This document shows positions 18,401 to 32,708 of a DNA stretch of 64,000 nucleotides, in pieces. Origin of the DNA: Chlorokybus atmophyticus (lineage: Eukaryota; Plantae; Mesostigma and Chlorokybus algae); contig RHPI01002402.1 in NCBI GenBank assembly GCA_009103225.1, positions 1,025,412 through 1,089,411 of the forward strand, given 5' to 3'. The position numbers were made by a program, and so were the translations under genes. Positions within the stretch are counted from its first letter, which is position 1; every line of letters begins with the position of its first letter. The notes under the pieces were generated by a model that made no database searches, was not told where the DNA came from, and saw nothing but the letters and a program-made list of their open reading frames with translations.

Positions 18401-18977
18401 CTCAATCAAGGAAATGATTCCTCCAGGCGCTCTGGTCATGCTGACACCGGTGGTTGTTGGCATCCTGTTCGGGCCTGACGCCCTTGCTGGTGTCCTTGCT
18501 GGTGCCTTGGTGTCGGGAGTGCAGGTACATGTGCTGTCATTCAGGTTTTAACAGGTCTATCAAAAGGATCCTTGTTTGCTGCAACTAACCTTGATACGTC
18601 TCCCCAGATGGCCATTTCGTCCTCCAACACTGGTGGTGCCTGGGATAATGCCAAGAAGTACATTGAAGTGAGTACATATGTCTTTGCAACAGTGATGCAG
18701 TTTGGGCTAACGGCGTTTTGTGTTTGGCCTTTGCAACAAAATAAGCTGACATAATCTCAAAAATCTCCAGGCTGGAGCGTCTGAGGCGGCGAGGGCACTG
18801 GGTGGCAAGGGATCCGATGCCCACAAAGCTGCTGTCACTGGTGACACTGTTGGCGACCCCTTGAAGGACACCTCAGGGCCAGCTTTGAACATTTTGATCA
18901 AGCTGATGGCTGTGGAGTCCCTGGTCTTCGCTCCTTTCTTCAAGACGCATGGCGGCATCATCTTTAAGCTTTTCTAG
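15414..18977 (+). CDS. AVP1: Vacuolar-type H+-translocating inorganic pyrophosphatase, type I (K+-stimulated, AVP1-like)
   Basis: [55 protein letters not shown]; [17 protein letters not shown]; [24 protein letters not shown]; [12 protein letters not shown]; [23 protein letters not shown]. Exons are 15414-15650, 15736-16118, 16249-16477, 16778-16939, ~16990-17307, 17468-17742, 18114-18524, 18608-18667 and 18771-18977. About 15 aa are missing at the N at 16989. Confidence 0.98.
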
Positions 18978-21037
18978 GTGTCAGCCACAAATGCCGCGGT
19001 CCCGTAATATGAGCACATTCTTTTGTAGAGGCTTGCACCTGTGAGCTCGACTAGCTCGTTAAAAACAGGCTGTAGTTTTGAACTATCTGCAGACCTGTTT
19101 GATATCATCTGCATTTAGGCCTTCCCGTAGTTCGCATAGTTTCGCAACATAGTATCAAGTCCCTGAGCTTGTCTTACACCAAGGTGCATACATCCTTAAT
19201 TGCACATGCTTTCAGGTACTTTAGAACAGTGGTACTCTTCTGTAAACAGGCTGCGCATCAAGCGCAGCGGTTGTTCTGTGTTCCATGTGTTGCCAAAACT
19301 TCGTACCTCACTTCTCGTTTGTCTGCCTCAGTGTTCTATATGCCAAACATCATGCGCTTGTTGCTTGCGAATCGTAGATGATGATGTTCCTATACATGCA
19401 AGATGCATCACATGCTTGGCCTGCTACTGTGCCTTTCCGTTGCTGCTCAGCTAGGACAGCCCATGCGGGCAGGTGATGGACTTGGAATGCATGCATGACT
19501 AATGGCGTGAAGTAGCGGCAGTGATAGCATTTAACTAATGAATTGCTCCATTTGTGCGTCTCGCACTATGCCACACATACAACGACTTACGCCCTATGCA
19601 AGCACACATGGCAGTCCACTGCAGTCCCACATGCACAACCATTCACCCACCCAGAGCTGCATTCACTCATCAAAAACTACTGGCATCAAGGAAATGCAAG
19701 CAACATGTGCAACATTCACTAGAGGGCTTACCCAGGGCAGAAATTGCTAGTAGGGCAGAAATTGCCAGTACAGCAACATCGTCATCCCTAGGGGCCTAAT
19801 GCAACTTGCTAAGTGCAATTGAGATGACAATGGCATCGATGACACACAGCCATCGTAAGCGGGTGGCTGTGCCTGCAAGCAGTATAAGTGCCTGACCCGG
19901 TGGTTGGACATGTGAAACCAGGGTGTCTATGAGCATAGCGGTTGCATGAGCACAACTATTATGACTGCTGCATAGATAACATGCGACACAATGCAATGAC
20001 AAGGCACTACAATGACTGCTGACTGCAAACTGCATGGGTGCAATAGCACCTTCAATTATTGTACACTTTCGTCTTCTTCAATAACGCATGCACAACAATG
20101 AACAACCACAACCACTACCCCCTTTGATTGATTACAAACTTTAGGGATACACAAAGCGTGCAATGCTATAAGTGCCTGGCTGTAGGTCAGAATGGTTAGG
20201 GTTTGGCAAGGTGATTTCGTACTGACAACATTGCTTAGCACCATATTTGCTTACAAGCATGAAGCATGCTTCACAGCGTCCCAGCAATGCTACGCTCTAA
20301 GCAATTGCGTGCATAGAAAAAGATTAGTGCAATGCATTGTGGTTCCTTGCTGCAGCACGAAATGATGCGTCATTCGCAAATCTTTCTGCTGTCAAGGAGC
20401 TTGAACCCCTTATCTTTGTGACTTACTTACGCAACGCTGAAAAAGTCAAATCAATTCTACCCACAAAAGCACGTGCAGCGGATCGACCGAGTAGCAGCAC
20501 AGCTACTACCGAGCAGATCAGCTGGAACTTTCAACAGCATAACTGATGCATACATGGTAAAAGTAGAGTAGGTGGTAGAGTGTTGGAGGCGCGCAATCGC
20601 ATGATGTAGCCCGGTGGTTTTGTATAGTGAGTGAGGTAAGTGTGATGCATGCTGTGTGACATCATGATGTGATGGGTTGAATATGCATGCGCATACACAG
20701 TCCGCATTGTTTGTACATGCACGGAGCGCCGAGCCATGACATCTGCAACAGCGTATGAGCACAGTATGTTGACAAAAATCAGAAAATCTGCAGTGCAGCT
20801 AGCGCCGAGCCTACTACTTACTTTCTAGAAGCCGCTGACGGCACTAACTAGCATGTACAACAAGTTGCACCAATTGGTGCAGCAACACCATAGAAGGGTG
20901 CTCCAGTGGCTACGCATACGTAAACCTAAAACGACGTATAGACAGAATATAACTACAGTAGTATTCACAGAAAGCGAGCTGGATGGATGGGATTCTCTAG
21001 ACGTATGATGCTGCGTATATGTGGAAGCAACGCTGCA

Positions 21038-24000
21038 TCAAGAAATCGTGTTTTGCGGAGCAGCAGCAGCCGCATTCAGCCTTTGCAGAGCCGCCGTACA
21101 TGCCACATGCCGTGCGCGCACGGTGGAAGCATATTTGCGAAGTCGCTGTCTGTCCGCAGCCGTCAGCTTCAAGGGATTGGATGCGGATGTCAGTGCGGGC
21201 GCTTCAACCAAACAGAAGTAAAACAAAGCCTCGGACTGTGCATACTGAGCAGCAGCCTCTGCATAGTTCTCAATGACCTCCTCCACCTGCCGTAACATGG
21301 ACAAATTGATCGTCAATATTGATCTGCAAACGGCATTCGCCAAAGGCCTGCCTGCGGTGCCAGATGCCTTGAAAGCAGAATATCGAGGCAATGAGGTGAC
21401 AAATTCAATTGGCATGCAAACACTTAAGTACTGCTTACTGCTCCAATGCGCCCATAGCGCAAGGCTGCCTGATAGACTAGCTCGACAGCATCTGGCGTCC
21501 TCCACTGGCGCTCCACTGTTTGCACACGAAAATCATGTTAGAACACGTGCATGCTTCTTGAGGTATAGTTCGCTGTCAGAGGCTGCCATGGGCAAGCAGT
21601 TCTTGGTGTGATGTTGTAAGGCATGGGACCCTTACCAGTGCCAAGGGAATTCACAAGACCATCTGTCTGCTGGACAGCCAGCATGAAGTCCTTCTCTACA
21701 GCAGCGCTACCGGCAGCTGCATCATGAACAGTCGAGATTAAATCTCGGGGATCCCTCCAGGCTTGTGCAACCATCAATGATGTGTGGAGGACCTCCAGGC
21801 GCAGCACGTGCAGCGCGAGGGCTGCCAGTTTCTGCCCAGCTTCCAACTGCCAAAACAATCTGGTTAGCGCCCGGCCTTGGTACGTCACAACAGGCGGCAC
21901 GCGCAGGTCCACACCTTGTGATCTGCTAGCTCTAGAATCAGCTTGGCACAGCGCTGAAGAGAGGTCAGGCGTACAGATGGCACATCAGACGGTTGTTGGG
22001 GCTCATCCATGTCTTTGCGCTGTGCTGCCTGGTGCATGTACGACGGCTGCAGAACAAGCCACATGTTTGGTCGTACCTGACAGCAACCACGACCCAACCC
22101 TTAGTTACAACATAAATGCTTGGCACACCTGTGGCATGCTATGTGGCCTTGGACGATGTGGGGAGGTGCTGTGGTGCACCAGAGGAGATGTGGGTGTTGC
22201 GCTGCGACGAGCGGCAGAGGTGCCCTGAGGAGACATTGTCCTTGGGGGTGGCGTGGGTGTCCTCACTGGGGCGCTCCGAGAGTGCGAAAGAGGTGAAGCT
22301 GGTCGACTGTCGCTGAAGCCAGGCTTAGGTACAACCACGTACTCACGCTCGATGCACTCAAACGAGTCCAACTCTGGGAGCACAGCCATCTCGTAAGCCG
22401 TAATTCAAACCAATGACACACAGCCAGAAAGCAACTCACCGCCACGCGCAGAGCCTGAGCGCCAGCCGCCAGCGCTGTCCACGGCTGTTGTGACTGATGT
22501 TGTCTTAGCCTCCGACAGGTCTCTGGCGGAAGGCACCTTCACTGGTGGTCGAACACTGACTTGCGGGCTGCATACAGCATGACTTCAGCTAGTTGTAAGG
22601 GATGGTGGCAAGTCAATCGCAAGTGACCAGCAATGCATGCACTAAGCCAGCCCCCTCAAAAGCAGACTGGTGAATGAGTAGTCCAGTGACAGCAAACGCA
22701 GCAAGGCCTTGTTCGTTGGACAGCTGACACAGGAACCTGCAAGCCATGCTGGTTACGACATTACCTGCTGGGCAAATTTTGTGCCCTGGTGTGTGGCTGC
22801 GCCTTTGGATCGTTGCTGCTTTTTATCGGAGGCACTGAAGGGAATGGCGGCTCATCATCCATTGCGAAGGGCATTACAGGTGACCCATCGTCCCCAGAAA
22901 CTGCTCTGCCACCATCAACATCTCCTTCATTATGGGCGGGCTCAGCTGTGCCAAGCCGACTGTCTCGCGGCAGTATCACAGTCGAGTCTGTCATCAGAGT
23001 TGGCCTGTAGAACAACAGATGTTGAAGCTTACGAGACTTCCACAACAGCTGCTGCAAAGCTTGCTGCTCTTGAGACTTACTTCATTCCCAAGAAGGGGTG
23101 CCTAAAGAACTCCTCAAAAGACAGACGTTCCACTGCATACATCCCGGGCACAAGGTCAGCACAGTATCGAATTAACTTGCTGACGGCACACTTGTGCATC
23201 AATACAAGAAGACTGCTAGGCAGGTCAACCAAATGTACCTGGATTGCGTCGCAGCAGCAGCCGGCACATGCTGATGCACGCCTCTGAAAGCCCATGTGAG
23301 ACCGCTTGCGGAATATGGGGCTCATTCCTCTCAATGTTGCGAAGTAGCTGCAACCAACACAGCGTGAAGTAGAGCACTCAGCGAATTTGGTCGCCCACGT
23401 GTATGCCTGTGTTCCGCTAAGTAAAGAGCGCAGCCTACCTGTACATGATTGGCGCCACTGAAAGGTGGGCGACCCGTGACCAGTTCAAACAATATGACAC
23501 CTACACTCCACAAGTCCGCCTGCCAGCCGGACCAGGTTTCAATAAGACATGCAGCACAAGGATGGTGCTGGAACTGGATAGCGAATGCCCGCACCTTGGC
23601 ATCATATTTCTGAAACTGCAATATCTCAGGGGCCATGTACAACGGTGAGCCACACAGAGTCTCTGCCAGTCCTTGCGGCTGCAAAGACCTGACAAGCACC
23701 AGTTGAGTCATCAGCTCTGTAAGAACAACAGCAGGGGGTGCTACTGAAGTGGCATGCCATCATCAAAACGGACCTTGCAAAACCAAAATCCGCAATTTTT
23801 AATGTGGCACTATGGCTGTTTTCCGATAGCAATAGATTCTGCAAGTCACATAGGGTTGTCAGCCAGGTAGAAGGAGCTGCCACAATGGCCAAACTCTGCA
23901 TGACGCAGGCTAGGTTGTGCCCACACAATGCACGTACAACAGCGTGATCTCTGCAATTACCTGGGGTTTTAGATCGCGATGAATCAGGTGGTTGGCACGT

Positions 24001-25165
24001 AGTACCTCGAGCCCTTTGGCTATGTAGCAACATGCATTGGTCAGCGATGCCACTGTTTGACAGACAAGGTCAAGGCAAGTTTGTCACGAAGATCACCTAG
24101 TTGCTGCAGAAAGTGCCGCGCAGTTGACTCTGGTACTTGCTTATTGCGCTGGATGAACTTGGACATGTCCCCACCAGCACAGTACTCAAGGATCAGAAAG
24201 ATTCGTCCCGGACCCTGCACATTGGGTTGAAGTGGAGGTCAAGCATACGAAAACACAATATTGGTAGCAATGCAATTCTTCAGCATTGATAGATGTAGAT
24301 GGAAGCAAGCTATGGACTTCGTGACGTTGATCGAAGGTCGTCATGGCACATGCACACCACTGAAGGAATGCAACTGTGATTGGTCAAGTGCTGGATACAG
24401 CAAACAAACAACAAGCAACAGTACGAGCCTGGAGTCCGACTGAAGGAAACAGTACAACCGTAGCCAGCAAGTATTGGACAATAGAGACACAACTGTACTC
24501 CAGAAGACCATGCATCCTTTGAGCAGAGATGGGCAGCGTATTATACGTGCCCATCCACTCTTACAACGAGTTCATGATGAGACCAACAGTCAAGGACATA
24601 ATCTAGTGCGCAATGAACGAATGTGAACTAGCGAACATAGCTGTCCAGCTGTAGCTACATTGACTGCAACCTGCTACTAGCGGAGCGAGAAAGCTACTTC
24701 AATTTTCCCCTACTGCGAGCACACCCTCCCATGCTGTTCAACAATGTTGGCTGGTGGGATGTTCCACTGCACCGACTTAAAACCACTCTGTGTGGCTCTG
24801 TCTCGCTGTAATGTGCCTATGACGACATAACACTCTGCACCGGCAGCAAGGCAGGCACCAACCTTGTAGATGTCCAGCAGGCGGATGATGTTGGGGTGCT
24901 GAGTGCGGCGGAGGATATCTATTTCGCTTTCTAGACTCTGCTGCAGTTTTCGGTTCAGCTTTTCCAGCTGCATCTCTTTGACGGCAACCACTTGGCCTGA
25001 GACCCTGTGCCTTCCTCGCCATACAGTGGCAAAGGAGCCGGCGCCAATCTGCCCCTCGACGATCCAATCGCCTACCACGCGCTGCGCCGTTGGCATCGCC
25101 CCCGCCGGCGACGGCGACGACAGCAGCGCCGCCGCTGCTGCAGGCACCGCTCCCGCTGCTGCCAT
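21038..25165 (-). CDS. ATG1: Autophagy kinase ATG1/ULK
   Basis: [20 protein letters not shown]...VAVKEM...HPNIIRL; [13 protein letters not shown]; [12 protein letters not shown]; [48 protein letters not shown]; [14 protein letters not shown]; IEREYVVV. Plant-type C-terminus [12 protein letters not shown]...[12 protein letters not shown]...[12 protein letters not shown]. The start codon choice is uncertain. Confidence 0.95.
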
Positions 25166-26775
25166 TATCGCTGGTGCCGTGGTGGTGGTGGTGGTGGTGG
25201 TGGTAGGCCCCAATCCAGCCACGGCCACGGCCATCCACCGTCCTCACCTGCCTGTGATGGCCTCCTCTTCACGCCCCATGCACTCGCACAACCCGGCCAG
25301 GGGCCCCAGCCCAACAACCCGGGGCACAGCCCGGTTTGGCGGGCCAAGCCCGCCCCAGGCCGCTGCCACGTCCTCGACCAGTTGCTCCTGCTCCAAGGCC
25401 GCACACCCACTACCACACCCACTACCACGCTTTGAGCCCTTCTACCCAACGCCAAAACCCCGGCAACGCATGCAAGCAGTCAATTCAAGCAAGCCACACA
25501 CTTGTGCAGCTACACCTCTGCCCCCGGTGCTGCCCCCGCCGCCGCAGCTTTCCCGCCCGCGCCTCCTGCAATGGGCAATTCAGCAGCCTACAGCTAGCAT
25601 GGAAGGCATATGCAGCAGCGGGCAGTCTGGCGTGGCAGTGACCGACCGCTGCTTCCAGCGCGGGTGTGCACACAGCTCTGTGCGCTGCGCCGGCTTGTGC
25701 GCGCACGGGAGTTTCTCCTCAGCCAATGACAACCGATCACGTGTATGGCCCCTCAATCGCAGTGAGGCTCAATCGCAGTGAGGCCCACACATCCAGTGAC
25801 AAGCATGAGCACTGCGTTTTCAATCTCTCAATGAGTTACAAACTTACTGGTACATTGAAGGGCAGGTGCTGTATTCTTTCTAATGTTTACAAGTGCTTTT
25901 AAAATATATAGGTTGCGTGTTGGTGAATGAGTTGCATTTCATTTTTATTATTTATGTATTTGATCATTGACATGCGAATGTGCTTGTTATCATCGCGCAA
26001 CAAATGAAACAAATGTGCAGTCGCATGGCTACCCCGCCCCCCCCCCCCACCCCTCCACCTCTACCTCCCCTCCCTGGCATTTAACTTTACCATAAATATT
26101 TTTTGCAGCTCATTTGCATGGTGTACAATTGATCAACTCGTTGTTTCTTCACTGTCAATAGGTGCATATTTGAAATCCTCAGATTAGTCATTGTTAACAT
26201 GCTAATATGAGCAACAACGGAAAAATAATTCAAAAGGTAATAGCATATTGCAATCGAAGAAATCGCATGAATGAAACTTCCATGATGGTATCAAAATACA
26301 TTTCCATAATAAGTATAAGGTGTCCACCCAATTTAGCTGCTCTGCGTGTTTGCCCTAAGTTTCACATTATATTCGACATCATCCTTGGTATTCAATTACC
26401 ATCTCGACATCAAAGTCAAGTTCAATGGTTGGTCACAATTGTTAATATTGCCAAGGTGAAACACATTGTCACACGTGTCCAATCATGAGCTTCACAGATG
26501 TGATGTTAATCGTGAAACAAAAGTATGCAACAACGCTACACCAACTGGGTGTAGCTTGAAGTCAACAAGCTCCTTTACTTCCTGTCTTGACATTTGTAAG
26601 CCAACATCGGTTGCAACCGGCAATGGTGCCATATGCAAGTTGTATAGGATGTGGCCGTCGGACGAGTTATCAAGCACAGAGCAACAAAACAAGGAGTGGT
26701 AGGCATATTGTCGAGCTAACACAATGCACAACCTTTTTCACGCTTTTGCAAAGATGTGCAACACTATGCCACTAC

Positions 26776-29700
26776 TCAGTCTTGGGCACTCTGATCTGGT
26801 ATGTCCGCAAACGCAGCATATTCACCACCCATAGCACGCAAGATGCGTTGCCATGCATTTGGTTGCCCAATGATAGATTCTGTGGTTGAAGGCCATGGGA
26901 AGAGCAACTGAGGCGGCACTCTTGCCATAAGCCACACGCCCGCACTGCGAAGCACAATGCCGGTCGTGTCATTGTCAGTTGAGGGCAACAGAGGTGCACG
27001 CATGTGCAGGCTACATGCAACAAGCCTTGCTTACCGCAGCTCTTGTTCCAGTTGCTGCGGAAGCCATTTGCACTCGCCAGCAAAAAAGTGCTGTGGCAAA
27101 TGGGCATTAAGCAACCCGCATAACGGTTTGTCATGCCACAGGCTTGTAGTACAGGTATGCATCATGTGCAATCATACTACTGCCATAATCAGCATCTAGA
27201 CACTGAAGAGGGGGGGAGGNNNNNNNNNNNNNNNNNNNNNNNNNNNNNNNNNNNNNNNNNNNNNNNNNNNNNNNNNNNNNNNNNNNNNNNNNNNNNNNNN
27301 NNNNNNNNNNNNNNNNNNNNNNNNNNNNNNNNNNNNNNNNNNNNNNNNNNNNNNNNNNNNNNNNNNNNNNNNNNNNNNNNNNNNNNNNNNNNNNNNNNNN
27401 NNNNNNNNNNNNNNNNNNNNNNNNNNNNNNNNNNNNNNNNNNNNNNNNNNNNNNNNNNNNNNNNNNNNNNNNNNNNNNNNNNNNGGGGGTCATATAAATC
27501 TACCACAATGTGAAGTGGGCATCTGGACACACTTACTAGATCATTTGGCTTCAACTTCCCTTTATCCAACAAAGGCAGCGCTCTTTTGAGGTGGCCACCC
27601 ATGAACACATCCGGGCCCGATGCGCACGCAGACTTGTCCACAGCTCGCGTGTACAGCGGCTGGGTACTCGCCGTCAACACCTCCAGGCCACCAAGGTCTT
27701 GCGCCGCGTGCAGCATCTGCAGCAAGCGTGCAGTTAGAGCACTACCGCTATTTGCCAGACAATTTCTTTCAACGCCACAGCATGGTATCGTTACCGAGCG
27801 CAATACAATATGCAAACGGGTTTGAGCTTACCTGCAGAGTGGGAATTGGACCGCCTCGCAAAAGTATGTTGCTGGCAAAAGGCCTCAGGGACCTGTTGGG
27901 GACAAAGCCATCAGCGGAACAACCGCGCCGAGAACAGCGGAACAACCACGTATTGCATGGCACTGAAAACGGACCTTTCTTCTTGTGTGAGCTGGTCTGG
28001 ACTTCCCCAACCAGAACCAGAAGTGCTGGCTTGGGCGCTGCTTGTGCTCGTAGGTCCACTGCAACAAGCCAGTAACTTCGAGATGTGAGTGTGCTTGATG
28101 GTGAATTAAATGCAGCCCAAAACAGACATGAGGAGTGCCCTCAAACGCACCGCTCACTCCAAACTGCCGACACATCATCGTCATCTTCATCGTCATCCTC
28201 ATCCTCGTCCTCATCATTGGACAAGGCTTCTCTGTGACTTTCTTCTCCCGCGGTGGCCTTGGCGGCATACACGTTGATGATGCTCTGGAGCTGGGCTTGT
28301 GAAGGCTGGTTGATAATTAGCCCAACTGCGCCACCCATGAAATCGTACTCACACTACCAAGCAACATCATGAGTCACTTCGCGTACATGCACAGACTCAG
28401 GCACATAACAACGGACGCGAAGAAGAGGTTGACCATACCAACAAGACTACACAGCGCTTGAAAGAGCCGCCATGCAAGGGGTGCGCGAGCAACACCAACC
28501 CAGCAATAGGTGCGGCTGCAGGTTGGATGTCCTGCCATGGCTGGACACGTTGCAATTAGTGCCAGGCTTAAGGTTCGAACTGAGCGGCCGTCCTAGAGAG
28601 ATCTACTTATGCACGAGTTGCACACGTTTACAGAAGACACGTACGTCGTACTTGGTGCTTGTGATTGGAGGGTCAGGAGGCTGGTAGGAACTCTTTAAGC
28701 CCAAAGCAGCAGCTGCAGAGAGATGCCCTCGCATGTGACGCAAAGCCTTCAAGCCCAGCTGAAGAGCAAACTGGCTATGTGCTGCCTGCCAAGACATCCC
28801 AAAAGTCGAACACTAGTGGTGAGCATGCAGCACTTATCTACGCACGAGTATCGCCACCGTCAGTTTAGTGGTGCTGACCTTCATAGTGTCAACCGTAGTA
28901 AACGTCCTCATCTTTGAATACAAAGCCAGCACATGATCCTGCATGGTGCACAACAGCGATTACTTGACTGGCTGGGTTTGGTCTACCTGGAGGACGAGCG
29001 GCCAAGCCATAACCGAGGATTGGTCATTGAATGGACAGTCTCTTGTGACAAGCTGCCCACGCAAGAGTAACAAGCACAGTATCAGCATGCAGGAAGCACT
29101 GAGTGACCACCTCTTGGTTTGCTTGCTCGTGAAGCTTCTCGCGCACGAGTTCTGAGAATGACCTTGGGGTGGGCAGAGTCGGCACGTAATGAAGCGCGCA
29201 AGGAGTGAACTCTTTCAAGGCCAGGACTAGAAATAGCACCATGTCCGCGTTGTCTAACGCGCGTTCCCGCTCGCTGTGCGTCTTGTCCTGCACCACAATG
29301 CCTGCCGCCTGCAGCTCCTCCATTAACTGGTGCGGCCTCAGAAACGCCTGTGGGTACAGACACACAAGTAGCGCATACGTAGTTAATGTCCAAATTAAAC
29401 ACAAGATTAGTCAGTACATTGTCCAAGGATAACACTGACTACATTGAGACTAACCTTGTACGCAGGCTGGGCATCATACATGCGCGCTCTGCACGGAGAT
29501 TGCGATCAGTAACCAAATTTAAGCCTAGGAAACGACAATACCCATGGCGCATGTGCACAATGGGCACCGTAGTGGGACGGTTGTAACTGCAATGATGTAG
29601 GTGAACTCAAAAAGTGATACACATGCACAACCAAACACACCTGCTATGAACGTAGGCAAGTCTTTTACGGCAAGCACCTTTGTTTCTTTTGTTGTTGGCA

Positions 29701-29871
29701 ACATGTGCAGCATGTATTCCCCATCTAACATGCAGAATGCACCATCTAACATGCAGAATGCAGCCTGCATGCATGTGGACATGCGTGCTGGTCAGGATGT
29801 AAACCATACGTGCGCAGGATGCTGCGGCATGTCAGCCGAGCAAGCGCCTTGCTGGCTGTTGGTGAGGACAT
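26776..29871 (-). CDS. DUF179 / AlgH (YqgE)-family protein with N-terminal extension
   Basis: Spliced motifs GLVLLAHPLHGGSFKRCVVLLCEYDFMGGAVGLIINQP, PFASNILLRGGPI, DVFMGG, HFFAGECKWLPQQLEQELRAGVWLMA and AWQRILRAMGGEYAAFADIP match the family pattern from memory. The start (MSSPTASKALARLTCRSILRT) and N-terminal exons are tentative. Confidence 0.78.
27220..27484. other. Assembly gap flanked by G runs, inside a DUF179 intron
   Basis: Directly visible N run. Confidence 0.98.
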
Positions 29872-30204
29872 GTGGGCGCAGTAGCCAGCCCAGAGCAGCA
29901 CAACAGAAGCAGCAGTGATTGTCTAATTGCTCTGTGGAGGCCGCAACCCTCTCAACAGCAACCTCCTACAAGGCAGTGCCGGCGCTCATCGACAATGAAG
30001 TTCCAAGCAAAAGCTACACAGATTACTAGCTTCGCTACGCTGTGTAAGTTTCGCCTTGAAGGCCAGGCTGAGCTTGTGCTGCGAGCTGCTTTGCCTGCTC
30101 AATCTGCTTAGCATGCTAGCAGAACAGCTGTACGCAAGCTCTCCGTGCTTGATGGCCGCTCTAACAACGCCCAAGCCCGCAGCCGTGCCAGCTGGCTACT
30201 CTCC

Positions 30205-32708
30205 ATGCAACGCCGCCCGCATGCTCTGCGCGTTTTACCCAGCGCCACTGTGCATGTGGCTGAAGAGCATAGCAATGTTGATGCCGGTGGTGGCGGCGTC
30301 GTCGACGGCGGTATTGTTCATAGCGGTGCCGGCATGGAGCGGCAGGTTGCAGTCTGCGCTGCCAATGCCAGCTTCTCTACGGCGACGGCGCGAGCTAGGC
30401 GCGAGCTTGACAGACAGCTGGTAAGTTGGGTGGTTTGCCCAAGGCCTGTTTGTAATTGGTCGCGGAGATGGTCATACCTGGTCATACCTGCTGAATTGGA
30501 CAAGCTGCGCAGTCGTGTTTATCAGATAAACATCAACAAGATGCTCACCTCAATACGTGCGTGCTTGTTCAGTGTTGATCATGCAGTGTGCTTAAGCTTG
30601 ATTCCCTGACTTCTGTTTCTGGAATTGTCATACAGTCGCCAGCTTTATCAGCCGTTGATCCAGGCGCTAAGGCTGGTGCGCTTTTTGTTCTTTTTGGCGT
30701 GTTGCTCTTGACCAAGATTTACTACTTGCATTGAGCCATCACATCTAGTCACAGATGTCGTAGAAAGTCTGCTCAAGGAGGACCAATATGCAGACTGGTG
30801 CGGTTTGCATTTTCAGCTCGGAAGCTAAGCTGTCTACTTGATGCGAACAACCCAGCGCCTGCTGCACCCATTGCATCGCGTCACATGTTGAGAGCTTGTT
30901 GTGCACAAAAACTACACTATTGGTCCTCATTGACTGAAGTACTGCAGTTGACCACTTGTGGAATGCATTATATGCAGGTCGTGTGCAAGGTTCTTTCCTC
31001 TGCACGCGTCAACCAGCGCATGCGCTGGCAAAGACTTCAGAGGTCCAAGAAAGCCTAGCAGTACAAGGTCATCATCATCGCAAAGGTTTCCCAATCCCCT
31101 TCAACGGCTCTTTGACAATAAGGTGAGCAACAGTGACAGAACATGTCCACCGTCCAGTGATCTCAGTTGCGCATGTATGTTCGCACCGCAACATGTAATG
31201 GTTGCTGGCCACCTATCTGTGACTGTCAACTTGCAGATTATTGCAGCCAGCCTAGACTCACGACCTTGCCTGCGGTCTCAATGCCTATGGTCTCATCATG
31301 TTGCCTGTATGTTCAGGACGAGCTGATTGAAGTGTCGGGATGGTTTGCTCTAGGATCCTCCCTGGTAAGCATCGCACTAGCTCCTTGTGTACGTCTTGTT
31401 GTACAGCGCAGCTGGGCAATGGTATCCTTGCAGCTCTGGTTGCTACTGCGGGCACCTTGTCAGCAATATTCAGCCAACTTTAGCACATGTTCAATAGCAG
31501 CATTCACATGTCTTGTGGCATTATGTTGCAGGTTGTGCTAGCCCGCGTTACCTTCTTCAACCCCACATGCGTACCGTCCTCCAGCATGTTCCCCACATTG
31601 CAGGTGATTGCCGCAGCAGATTACCGCAACATCTTGCTTAGGTTACCACAGTCACTGTTGTCGACCCATACCACCAGCATGCCAGTGCGCCTCAAACTGA
31701 TGTTTTTGCACAACTGATTTCAACAGCGCGGTGACTGCGTGCTCGTGGACACCTTTTCGTACCGCGTTGGCTTCCAGCCGATTCCTGGGGATGTGGTGCG
31801 TGCAGCTCGAGATGTCGTGCTCAGAGATGTGTTGCACATCCAAGAATGGCAATGGCATAATGCTGGACTCTACATGTATATAAGCCAACATTGTAACGGC
31901 AACCAGCGCAGGTTGTGTTTGAACTACCAATTGGGCTTGAAGCAGCAAGTACGGTTGCAAGCCTTGCGGTTGCAGATGGCACGCATGCTAACATAGAACT
32001 TTATGCTCAACCTTTATCGGTGGTTTGTAGTGTTACAGGACATGACGGAGAATGATGAGCCGGTTCAGTACGTGAAGCGTGTTGTCGCCATGGCTGGAGA
32101 CACTGTTGAGGTGTGATGTTAAGCAAAGCGGTCCCATGCTTGGCATAGCATACATGGTTCATGCTCAGGTTGACGTGAAATGCAAACCCTATGTTTGTTC
32201 CCTGTTTGCCAGGTACGAGATGGTAAAGTCGTTGTCAACGGCGAGCCCAGGCTGGAGGAGGCCTTGCGGGTGTCACCTGATGCTGCTGATGTCTTGAAAG
32301 TTAGTACCAGCTTCATGCAGCAGAGAGCATGCAGGCACTGGCATGTGCTTGCAGGCAACTAAGCTGAGCTGGATGCTCCTTGCAGGCCAAGTACTCAGTA
32401 GCTCAAGTTGAAGTGCCGCCCAATTCCCTGTTCGTGCTGGTATGCAACAGATAAATAACACATGGTCGTCCAGTGTCTCTCCTTTGGGTTGCACATGCTT
32501 CATGTCCGTAGCATGCAACCCACTGTGCGATGCGCGCAGCTACCTGTAAGTATCTCCTGTGTTGAACCTGCATACAATGACCATGCAGGGCGACAACAGA
32601 AATCGAAGCATTGACTCACATGTGTGGAGCTTCCTCCCAAAGCAAAATGTTGTCGGGCGCTGCTGGTGGCGCTTTGCACCTGGAGATCGAGTTGGGCCCA
32701 TCCAATAA
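30205..32708 (+). CDS. Type I signal peptidase (S26A), thylakoidal processing peptidase/PLSP-like
   Basis: Catalytic Ser box PTCVPSSSMFPTLQRGDCVLVD, GDVVVF, catalytic Lys YVKRVVAMAGDTVEVRDGKVVVNG, and box E [28 protein letters not shown], ending at TAA 32706-32708. The N-terminal exons and start are uncertain. Confidence 0.9.

Noticed and set aside
28565-28595. GGTTCGAA T-loop-like motif (also ~6878)
   Set aside because: No T-stem pairing or cloverleaf; not a tRNA.
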